A stretch of 64,000 nucleotides of DNA from Mizuhopecten yessoensis (taxonomy: Eukaryota). Below, in pieces: positions 1 through 11,900 of the stretch; the stretch's first letter is position 1, and each line of letters opens with the position of its first letter. The translations under genes and the position numbers were made by a program. The notes beneath the pieces are model-generated. The model saw only the letters and a program-made list of their open reading frames with translations, searched no databases and was not told where the DNA came from. The stretch is taken from contig NW_018403543.1 of the NCBI RefSeq assembly GCF_002113885.1, positions 1,106,145 through 1,170,144 of the forward strand. The letters run 5' to 3'.

Positions 1-272
1 ACCTCTTCTGAATAACCATGGGTCCCAGAATGTTGATACTTTGCAAGTTGCATCCTGAGATGAAAGGCTATAAAATTTGTTCAACATAATGACTTTGTTC
101 GACTTCAATCACAGGGGTGAAATGTTTTAAAAGAAATTAACAGGATCTTTTGAATGAATTTTAATCATAAATACTGATATTTTTCCTGTAGCTTTATTTT
201 AGATCACTTTTAAGGTTACAAGTGTGAGATTTATACCAGGTGAGCGATGCAGGCCCATTGGGCCTCTTGTTT
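1..272 (+). mobile_element. 3' end of a non-autonomous Helentron-type element (HINE), truncated by the window start
   Basis: Near-identical to 10165-10436. Ends with the subterminal repeat caggtgagcga, the hairpin ggcccattgggcc and a T-run. Confidence 0.8.
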
Positions 273-966
273 TTTACAGCTTCAATGTTATCGGGATTCA
301 CAGAGACGCCATCTACTGTGACCAACTTTCCTAGGAACTTCACCTGTGTCTGGAACAAGCTACATTTTTTTTGGTTTCAGCTTCAGGTTTTAATGTCTAA
401 ACCTCTCTAAGACTTTTGTCGGATTACCCAGGCGTTCTTCAAAGTTTTTCCCGAGAACGAGAATGCCATCTTGGTATGCCAGATAAATGTCCCAGGAAGA
501 GTACATGCGTACGTGAGTGGTACGGACGTACGCATGTACTCTTCGATATGTTTTATATTGCCGACATTTAGAGGATAACATCCGGTCCAGTGGGTCACGC
601 TGGCTAGACCAGGGATACTGCAGATAAGACACAAATGTTTGCAAATATATATGAGTAAAATAAGTTAACACATACAAATTAAGCAAATAGACACAATAGA
701 TAAAGCAAGACATGCAGAAGGTTAAAAAGCAAGTTAACAGGATGTATGTACCACAAAAAGAACTCTCTTGCAGTCGGGGAAACATCTATTGGATTTTGAA
801 CGAACGGTCTTTTCGTTACTAGAACGTCTCCTGTTCATACTCCTATATGCCTAATGTCATAGCAAGTGGTCCGAGGTCAAATCAAGGTCAAATCACGATC
901 CATATGATATCTGAGTGGGTTCATTTTTCTGATGGACATGTAACTGCTACGAAATGTGTCACGTTA

Positions 967-1575
967 AGCCTCAGTCACATGTATACTGGATCGTACGATT
1001 TCTCGATCGGGTGGCTGGTGGCAATTTGGCGGAGATGCGACCGATCGGCAATGTCTGCTACGATCTCAATTGGCGATCGCACACTGCGATTGCTCTTAAG
1101 ATTAGTGATAGGTCATTGCACGACTGGTGGCACGATCTGTCGTGCGATTACCAACGTTTGGACAATCTCTATTGCAAGATCGTGCGATTAGTCCTGGCGA
1201 TCAGTCGAGACTGGTCGCACTACCGATCGTGTGTTCGTACGACAGGTGGCACGACAAATCGCAAGGTGACAGGATTAATAACACGACCGACCTTGCGACT
1301 ACTTGACCCACGATCACGTACGACTGGTCATGTGTCTATGCGCGACTGGTCGTTCGACCATTTAAGACATGTCTGCGACCTCTTACGACTTGGAATCGCA
1401 GATTAGAAGTTTTGAACATGATCATCGACCTTGCTGCGACTGATTTTGATCGTGCGAACACCCACAACCTCAACTTCTACCCGCACGATCTTTCTACGAT
1501 TTGCCCGCGATTCCAACATTTTTCAATCGCAGCTATAGGTCGTATCCTGGTCGCAGGCCCGATGTGACTGGGGCT
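967..1575. mobile_element. PIF/Harbinger-type MITE
   Basis: TIRs agcctcagtcacat / atgtgactggggct, with TTA target duplication on both sides (964-966, 1576-1578). The interior is CpG-rich (cgat/atcg). Confidence 0.8.
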
Positions 1576-1866
1576 TTAGGGGAATTTAGTGTGTTGTTAA
1601 TTGTATGCAGAGGAATAATATATGAATTAAACATTGACATTAGCGCAAGTTTTGATGTGAATATTAGTTTATGTAAATATACTTGTGTTCAAATTGATAC
1701 TGTGAGTTTTTGATGTGCGGGTTTTTGGAATATAGGATATAACTAATCTGTATTTGTCCTAAGTTGACAATACCAGTTGCATGAAAAATCGATTGCCCTG
1801 AGAGTGAGTGTCTGCTAATGTGCTGGCTAGTATATGTATGTACATTTATACATTATCGACTCAATA

Positions 1867-1920
1867 CAGGGGCGGATCCAGGATTTCCTAAAAGGGGTGC
1901 CCCCCCTAAATCCGCGCCTG
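1867..1920. mobile_element. 54-bp mini-MITE
   Basis: caggggcggat...atccgcgcctg inverted ends flanked by the direct repeat CAATA. Confidence 0.6.
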
Positions 1921-2299
1921 CAATAGTTTACAGAAGTGTTTAAAGCTTTACATAAACATGTTGCTGGGGAAAAGACACGTGGACCACTATCAGGACCCAT
2001 AGACCTGCTTGAAACATCTTTTTCTTCTGTAATGCATATTTGAATATTAATACAGTAAATATGATATTCATTTAAGAAGTAAAATAACTAAAATTCCTTT
2101 CTGTATCCAAGGGAGCAATATCGTTCGTTTTGTGGTATAAATAGTCCTAGGACTCCAGAATAATTGTATGTAGAATAGTCATAAAACACCAAACATATAG
2201 TTTTGAATAATGCTACATGCGTCTTTTTGGATTTCATTTTCGACAGCAAGTGCTAAAAATTAAGTCTAAAGCACTTAAATGTAACGGACATGTGCTATA

Positions 2300-2547
2300 C
2301 TAGTCACAGGGACCTGATACTGTGGAACAGCTATATTTGGATCTAAACTAAATGTGTTCACAGTAATTTTACAATTTTATAAACCATCATTTGGGTGGCA
2401 TATTTTTGCCGAAAATTGATATAGATCCCTGAAACGTGTATAAGTACTCTGAACACCTCAGTTTAGGTCCAAATATATAGCTGTAACCACGGACTTAGAT
2501 AATCTAATTCCGTGCTGTAACGAAATATCGGGTCCCTCTGCTACTAG
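2300..2547. mobile_element. Degenerate MITE with a nested 27-bp hairpin insertion
   Basis: Left arm ctagtcacagggacctgata...agctatatttggatctaaact pairs with right arm agtttaggtccaaatatatagct...tatcgggtccctctgctactag. The right arm is interrupted at 2488-2514. Confidence 0.6.
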
Positions 2548-2843
2548 AATTTTTACAACTACCTGTTTCATGTAGGCTGATTGTGAAACACTTCAGATAC
2601 ATACTTTTTTTAATTAATAAGATTTGAATTCGGATCTGTTTGTATTGTGGTATATAGGCCTGGCCTATTCCCAATTACAAAATAAAATCTTACCATTTTT
2701 TCCTATCTTACATGAAAAAAATATTGATCGCTATATTAGTGGTTGAACACCCTAGATGAATTAGATTATATTAGTCCAATGAGTCAGCATAAAAGAGCAA
2801 ATATGCTTAACCTCCAGCTAATATGACAACAGAATGTCATAGC

Positions 2844-2912
2844 TCTTCCGGATATTTTGACAAAAAATAGATAGGTTGTTTTTAATTTTAGAGTTGTCAG
2901 TCTGGCGGAAGT
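2844..2912 (+). promoter_or_regulatory. ETS-type motifs at the ABCD3 promoter
   Basis: TCTTCCGG (about 2844) and GGCGGAAGT (2904-2912) lie just upstream of the ATG. Confidence 0.4.
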
Positions 2913-2924
2913 ACCTGTATGAAC

Positions 2925-5900
2925 ATGGCTGCCCTTAGCAAGCATTTCACGCCTCGGAATTCGGCGTTGGTAACGGCAGCAGCTGCAGGAACATTTCTTG
3001 TCTACAAGAACATAAATGACAAACGCAATAGAGGGTATAGTTTTTATATTTAACCTGTTTTTATGATAGCAAACGTTTTATATGGCTGAAGGTTTGGTAA
3101 GTACACACGTGCAGTGATGTGTGTTAAGTCAGTTTCAAAGTCTAACTTTCACAGGTCAATAAGTGGAACGCTGCTGTCGCTGGCTTTGACAGGTCGATTC
3201 GGCCTTTCCCGTTCGCCATACCTCTGTTGGGTTGACATTTTGTATTTGTGCCAATGTTAATTTTTGAAGACTAAAAAGCAATCGTTATGTACTCCAATAC
3301 CAACAGAACCTCAACCACTGAATATCTGACTTAGATATTATTATTAAAGAGTCTTATATTACCATGCAGCCTATTATATTGCCAGTATAGAAGAGTGGGA
3401 CTGGGTGATACCCTTTTTATGTTTTTTGGGCCAGATACCATACATTATGACTGATTTGTCTCGCATTTACATTTCGGTCAGGATGCTTTTCTTCGTATGA
3501 ACTTTGCATATGAAGAATTTGAAATAGAACTAAATATGTGGAAAATAGATGTATTGGTATAACTGTAGGGTGAACAGGAAACAGAAACTGATCATATTGA
3601 TGTTCAATATATCTATTTGTATTTGCTCATTTATTATGTTAAGACGTTATCAATATACAGTACATGTTTAAATTTTTGGCTGGCAGACTACATGTAGCCA
3701 AGTAGGTCAGGTTGATAATTTCTTGGGTTTTTCAAATTTGGCCATTAGGATGGAATGGCTTGAACTGGAGTCAAGTCTGTGCCACATTAGTCAGTTATAA
3801 CCCGTTGTCACTGTTTCATATTTGAAAGTTTGTCTTGAGCATAAATTTCTTGCGATTTTACCACAATATTCAGAGTTATGGTCCTTTGTTATTTTTTTTT
3901 ATTAAAAGTTTGTCTTGAGCATAATTTTCTTGTGATTTGACATATGCTCACCAAACTTGCTATACTTACATGTGTGTATCTCTGTAAGGTGGAGTACAGC
4001 TTAATAAAATTGTGTCTGGCACCCAACGTTATACAGAGTTATGGCCCTTTGTTAACTTTTTTAATTCCGTAGTTTGTAATTGTCTGGAGCATATGATGCT
4101 CTATAGACTTGCTATACTTGTGCATCTTGATGAAGGTAGAGTGTGATATACTGAAATTTGGTTAACTTTTTAACTCCAAAGTTTGTCTTGACCATTAGTA
4201 TAGCTTTCTTACGACTGTTCTATGAAATAGTTTGTTCATCTTGTAACATCACATACTTTTTCTATTTTAGAAAACAGGCAGATATTAAAGTGGTTATACA
4301 TGAGGTAAGTATGTCTCTGGACATTATGTGTCATTTGGTTTAATTTGTTGCGTTATATTATACATCCATTTGTCTTTTGGTAATACATGTAGTGAGTTAT
4401 GACAGGGGTACCTATTTCTGTGTAAGATTTACATGGGTGTACAATTCCACTAACCTGACACCTGGGTCTAGTAGATGTTATCTGGGACCGTCAGGACAAG
4501 TAAAGGTTCTCAATATTTACTAAATTGCAAAATACACTATATAGCTAAAGGTGAGCTTGTGAATTTTTCAAAAACTGCCTGCAAACCGGTACTCTCAATA
4601 CTGTGTCGGAAATTTTACACCTCTGTCTTCGAGGAAAAGAAAAATTCTGAACCAGTATTGAGTAGTGAATGAAAAAGGATACAAGAGTTGTCTTTATAAT
4701 CATCCTTAAGCTTGACACTCCAATGTTCAATTAGCCTCTCTGCACCCCTGGAATATGTTATAACAAAATTGAAGGCAAGCGGCTAGCTATTTGATTGGTC
4801 TCGGGTAAAACAAACCCTAACCAATCGCTATGTCTTATATACCTGTCCTTTTAAGATTACAGAGGAGCAACACCAGACTTCAAAGCCAGTACGGTTAGTT
4901 TCATCATTACATGACCGCAGGATTCTTTTGATGTACATCAAAGGATCAACCTAGTCTCCTTGTCTCATCCACAAGGTGGCAGACACCCAGCCTTCAATTT
5001 TGCTATGACATATTCCACTGGTGTAGATCCGAGAGCATAAGTGAGCGTAACCCCTTGATATCAAGGATGCTTTATAACATGAGGTATTGTTGATGTATTT
5101 TAACAGTGTAGACTACAATAAATACTTGTTTTATGTTACAGAGTGTGAGCCAAAAGAAGGAGAGGGCAGCAGTCGATGCAGTATTTTTTGGGTAAAATTA
5201 TTGCTGTAAAATCTTAATATCAAAAAATTAAAATCGGTTTTCTATCTTAATATTATTTTAAATAGACAGTTTGTTTTAAGCATAATTATATACATGTATT
5301 TGAATTACTATATATCGGGGAATTTTCGCCCTGTCATATCTTCGCCCATGAAATCAAATTTCGTCCAGTGTTCAGTGTTAATTTCGCACTTCACGTCTGA
5401 TTAATATGTTAATTATGTTGTTTACTTGTATTCGCTGTAATGATAAATTCGTCATCGTTATGGAGGGCCAAAAAGGCGAAAGTTTCCAGGTTCTCAGTAA
5501 TTAATTTAGATTTTTTGGTGAAAGGTGTATTTAAGTCACTAGATTTTTGAATGAATTTTCAGAAACTATTTGTTTGGGATTACTGTTCCAAATTGGGTGA
5601 CAGTAATAAGCGCCAATCATTCTGAAGTTAATGTCTACAACAGTTATCTGATATTTCATTTGAGTGTATCAAGATTAACTTGTTAACATTTTGTTTTGAT
5701 ATCTATTACAGGCGCCTAGTAAGAATTCTCAAGGTCCTCATTCCAGGATGGTTGACAGCAGAGGTAAGGCGGCTACCTCAGATAACATTAGAAAGGCACT
5801 CAGGCAGTAGGAGTTGTCTGGATAATTGGGACCTATACAGTAAAACACAGTTAAACATTTTAACTAGTGATTTTGAAAAAATTACCCCTATATTCTACAT

Positions 5901-8900
5901 AATGATACAATGGACATTGTAATATGTCTGTTCCTGCACTGTAAAAACATATGGGTACATAAATCAGCGAGACTATTAATTTTCATTTTTTAAACAAGTA
6001 TACTGTACATACATGATGCATACATATCCCACTATATCTCTGAAGGGCCTGAATGGGACTGCAATTTGTTTTATCTTCTGTTTTACCTTATTGTATAAAC
6101 CAACAAAAAGATTTTTTTTTTCTCTCACTTATATACAGGGTTGCCAACCTCTTAAAAGTCCAGTGTGGGAGATCTCCCTCCACTGGGTTTTCACATAATA
6201 CAGGCGACTTAACATTACTTTGTTACATACAGCAAGAAATCACACTAAACCTGTGTACAGTAGGTACACTTTACTGTACATTGTATCACTGCTTTTTACG
6301 CTCTCAGTTTGTAACTGCCTGTCTTACATAGAAATAAGAAATTTGTTTGGCTTGCTGTACAAGTAGTTTACAAAATGTGTTTTGATACGTGGGATTTACA
6401 TGCTTTGATTTGATGATTTGATGTTTATGCTGTACAGGCCTGGTATATGTTCCTGGTGGCTGCCGCACTGATCGCCCGGACGTTCGCCGACGTTTGGATG
6501 ATACAGAACGGCACATCTATAGAAAGGTATACCACTACATTGACTGTTGGATAGATCATTTCTTGTTTAACTCATTCACCCCTGAAGACGCATTTGAACT
6601 CTTCCAATTCAAAAGCTGGAATATTTCATTATGAAATTTCAGGGGTGACAGAGTTAATATGACTGTTACATTACCAGGTATATATGTTTGTACTCTAATA
6701 CATTGAGTTGTCATTGACTGTCAGATATCGTTTCTTTTGTGAAGTGACTATAATTTCAGCAGAATTTATTAGTTAAGATTTAAAAAAGTCTTAAAATTAT
6801 GGATACTCTTGTGACCTATTCTTTTACCCTTTTCGAAAGCACGAATTTCTCTCTGGAATTATCAACATACCGGTAAAGCCTTTTTATATACGGACAGCAG
6901 CTAGGACACTAATTGGTTTCTGTAAGCCATTGATGATCCTGCCATGAACAAGTGATCTCCCTTGATAATGATTTATTTTTCTTTCTGTGAATTTGAATTT
7001 GTTTTTGAGCGATACAGTTTAAGTATAATTATAGTACTGATAAAAGCATGTCCTTAATATGGTATAAGTGCCTACGGGTCATCTGTAATTGTTACCTCTT
7101 ACCTGATGGACTGATGGAGTGACGTCATAACTATCGGCATTGGAAAGCACGCAAATTTAGCACAGGGAATTTTCAAACACCAAAATTTGATGCACAACAT
7201 TTAACAACCATCCCATTTTGAGCAAAAAATGCCAAGTTTCGGCAATGCCAAAATATACCATAGTACGAGGCTATGATGTCGGTAGGGAGAAGCATATTTG
7301 TATGATGATGAAACATAAATGTATAAAAATACATATCTGTATGATGGTTAAATACATGCTGTCTTTGAATCTGTTAATAGTGATTGGTTATTATCTCGTA
7401 AAACCGTTGCTATTTTAGTGCTATCATTGGTCGGGATGTGGAGTTGTTCAAGAAGTATCTCTTCAAATTTATATATGCCATGCCTCTGGTGAGTTTTTTA
7501 ACCTATTTTCATTTATCTTAAACAACTGTGGCCTTTAACTTAAATGATATACACATGTAGCAATGGTTATTTTGATTTTTTTAAATTTGGTTTTGTGTCT
7601 TTACACTTAACAAATACCCAAGTCAAATGACTGAGGTTTCAGCTTTTCCGTTTATTCAGACAGCTTCATCACCCCCAAAAAATAAGATACAGACAATTTT
7701 ATGTTTATTCATTGTTGTGTTGTGCTATGAAAAAAATACTAAATTGTGATTTAAATGGTCAACTTCATGATCAGGCAATTTAAAATACAAAGTATATTAA
7801 TGCACAAATTCAGATTTGATATTACCAGGTCAATTTGGTGCGATCGAAAATTTTGTCTGACTGGTTTTTTGTTTTTTTTTACAGATTTCATGTACCAATA
7901 ATGCTTTGAAGGTAAGTTGAAACTTGTTTTATGAACTATTAAAAGTTTGCTAAGTTATCTGATGCGTTGACATGTTATGTTATACTTAAAATATTCTGAA
8001 CAAAAATACAGGTGCCTAAATGAGTGTATTAATAAAAACAAACCTACTGATAATGAATTACCCACCGTAAATAAAATTACTTGAATGACAATTAAGAAAA
8101 ATAAATTTAATTTTAGATGACAAAACATCAGTCATTTCAATGGCTGTGAATTTATAAACTAAATTGAATTCTTAATCATGGGACAAATTATTTCACATTA
8201 GCTGCATTTTAAAGACTGTGATCAAGAAAGAAAAAGTGATCAGTTCTGTATATTTTGGATTTCGAATGCAGCCAAGGTTAGAGCTTTGTGTTCATTGATT
8301 AAAACAAAAACTTGTACTTGTTGTTTTATTCCTTATTTTTCCTTTGTTACAGTATGGGTTGAATGAGTTGAAGCTGAGATTCCGCACCAGATTGACTGAA
8401 CATCTCTATCGAAAATATCTACAGTGAGTGAAAAAACAACAGACCTCACATTCGTTGAAAAAAATATATCAATAATAGTATTCCTCACATACAATTAAAA
8501 TACCATTAAAAGGGCGAGCCTAACATTCCATTAAAATACCATTAAAAGAGCAAGCCTCACATTCCATTAAAATACCATTAAAAGGGCAAGCTTAACGTTC
8601 AGACTTCCATTAAATTAACATTAAAAGGGCAAGCTTTACATTCCATTAAAATCACATTAAAACAGATAATCTGGCTGGATTAGATAAAGATTTGTATTGG
8701 ACAGAGTCCAGTTTATATGGAGTCGACTCTAAAGTGATAGCATTTTCTCCAATAGCAATATTATTGTAATAGATATTGGCCCAATAGTTACCTCAAATAT
8801 ATGAAGATGGACATTAAGAGCAGGAGATGCTAGGACATACATTTTCATTTTCTAAGAAAAGTAATTGGAATGTAATTAATATGTAGATTCCGCACTAGGT

Positions 8901-11900
8901 TTCTTTTTCTTGCATGGTTGCCGAGTCAATGTAAACTGCCCGGTTTCTATCTGTTAATGTCCTGATGTACAGATACCTAATTTTAAAGAGATATACACTT
9001 CAGTTCACTTTTCCTGCTCATTGTCAGTACTTAAGTTTTACCATTATATAAAAATGGCTAAATTGTATCTGGAATTCAAATGACTGACCCAGCATGTGAT
9101 TTTGCCCACAGAGGTTTTACGTATTACAAGATGTGTAACCTAGACAACCGGATCTCCAATCCCGACCAGCTGCTCACTCAAGACGTGGAAAAGTTCTGTG
9201 ACTCTGTGGCTGAGCTCTACTCAAACCTCAGCAAGGTATTAAAACCGCATCATAATGTGGAACTGAAAAAAAATCCTACAACACAACCCTAAATTTGTTC
9301 ACAATTCTTGGCCAAAGAGCATTTTTTGCTCACCTGGCACGAAGTGCCAAGTGAGCTTATGCCGTGGCGCGGCGTCTGTCGTCCGTCCAGCCGGCGTCCG
9401 CCCGTCTGTCGAGCGTCCGGCGTCAATATTTTACTTTAAACGACTTTCTTAATAACCGAAAGGCCTAGGGTGATGATATTTGGCCAGAAGAAAACTGGGA
9501 TGAAGGGCTACAAAGTTTGTTAAAATTAATGACCTTCACGTGTTTTCAAGGTCACCGGGGTCAAATATGTTAAAAACTTTAAACATCTTCTTCTCGATAA
9601 CCAAACTGCCCAGGGAGATGATATTTGGCCAGTAGCATGCTTGGGGAAAGGGCTACAAAGTTTGTTCAAATGACTGACCTTCACCCATATTCAAGGTCAC
9701 AGCGGTCAAATATGTTAAAAACTTTGAACAACTTCTCAATAACCAAAATGCCCAGGGTAATGGTATTTGGCCAGTAGCATGCTTAGATAAAAGGCTACAA
9801 AGTTTGTTCAAATAAATGACCTTCACCCATATTCAAGGTCACAGGGGTCAAATATGTTAAAAACTTTAAACAACTTCTTCTGAATAACCAAAATGCCCAG
9901 GGTGATGATATTTAGTCAGTAGCATACTAGGATCAAGGGCTACCAAGTTTGTTTAAATGGATGACCTTGAATCATATTCAAGGTCACAAGGAGCAAATAT
10001 GTTCAAAATATTTAAACAACTTGTTCTGAATAACCAAAAGGCTCAGGATGTTGATATTTAGTCAGTAGCATGCTGGGATCAAGGACTACTATGTTTGTTA
10101 AAGTGAATGACTTTGACTCATATTCAAGGTCACAGGGGTCAAATTTGTTTAAAATCTTTAAACGACCTCTTCTGAATAACCATGGGTCCCAGGATGTTGA
10201 TACTTTGCAAGTTGCATCCTGAGATGAAAGGCTATAAAATTTGTTAAACATAATGACTTTGTTCGACTTTTAATCACAGGGGTGAAATGTTTTAAAAAAA
10301 AATAACAGGTTCTTTTGAATGAATTTTAATCATAAATACTGATATTTTGCCTGTAGCTTTACTTTAGATCACTTTTAAGGCTACAAGTGTGAGATTTATA
10401 CCAGGTGAGCGATGCAGGCCCATTGGGCCTCTTGTTTTAAGTTGAGTGCAATCTGTTAGGTTTGTGTGTGGAAGGAAATTTAGTCTTTTATTTTCATTGA
10501 TGATTAAAAGTTTTGGAGATATGTTTTGGTGAGTCGAAGACAAGGATTTTGAAATTTCTTATAGTTAAATAACAAGAAATGCTCCGTGATAATTGGGTTG
10601 TGTTAGAAAACAAGTTTGGTCCCATTGAAAAAGGGTTAGTCAGGACCTGAACATTTTGCTTTGTAAACATTTAGAATAAAACCTGTTTATTCTGACTGCT
10701 TTACCAAGTAGGAGATCCAGCCTCAGTAGAAGGAGTTAAGTGTGGTTCAGGCCTTACAAATTTGAGCCGTTGATCACAAAGACAAGGACAAGCTTGGTTT
10801 TACAGCATTAATCTGAGGTTTACTGGTTCTTTTGATGGACACTTCTTATGTGTCAAAACTACCGGTAGTCACCTGTTGAAAGATGTGAAACCCAGCTTGT
10901 TGTTGTTAGGGTCATCTTTTCTGATTGATATTGTATTTTCTAGTTTATCAGACCATAGGTATGGATACTTTAATGACATAAATGTTTTTTTTGTTATAGC
11001 CTATTCTGGACGTCATCTTATACTCTGTCAAATTAACTGGAAGTATAGGAATTCAGGTAAATATTGCATGTCTGATGAATATTTGTCTACTGTATGAGGT
11101 ATAGTTTTGAAAGTGACATTATTACTTAAAATTAACTATAATTTTGTTCAATTTATTAATGTCATTTATTTCTCTTTACTTAATATTTTTTTTAACTATT
11201 CTTTATATTTCTGTTTTAAGTTGTTTTATCGACCTTGACATGATAGACAAAGGTGAGCTCATTTCCGGATACAATTTGGGACAAGGTCCTGATCTGAATA
11301 CAAATGTCGGATATTTCATGCTGATGAGTCTGTATTGTGTTTCAGGGACCTGCTAAGATGTTGGCCTACCTGGCCGTGTCCGGTCTAATACTTACCAGGT
11401 ATGTGGAAAGCTTTGAACCAATGTGTTGAATTCAGGTGGACCATTTTGGAATTAAAGAACTGATTACATGAATAAATGTTATAAGTTTTCGAGAATTGGT
11501 GATCCCATTTTTTTTTTTTATTGCAAATCAGTATGTTTTGACAAAAAGGAAACTAATAATATATTTTTTTTGTGAGAAGAATTGTCTCTGCATTTTATAA
11601 AAGGTAGTAGTCAACGACAATTGTCTCGGGAGAACATTTTTTATCTCGGTGTAATGTACCTTTGATAGGTTGAGGAGACCTGTTGGAAAACTGACTGTTG
11701 TAGAGCAGAGATTGGAAGGAGAATACAGATACGTCAACTCTAGACTCATCACTAATAGGTAAGATGTGTGAGACAATTCATTAACAGGTGAGAAAAAGTT
11801 ATCACTAACAGGTGAAAGTGTGAGAAAATTCATCACTTACAGGTGAGAAAAAGTTATCACTAACAGGTGAAAGTTTGGGAAAATTCATCACTAACAGGTA

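Noticed and set aside
390-785. Minus-strand 131-aa and 75-aa ORFs as exons of a divergent gene
   Set aside because: I could not build a consistent exon chain or recognise any homology.
847-1406. 114- and 150-aa ORFs
   Set aside because: They lie largely within a Harbinger-type MITE and show no recognisable protein motifs.
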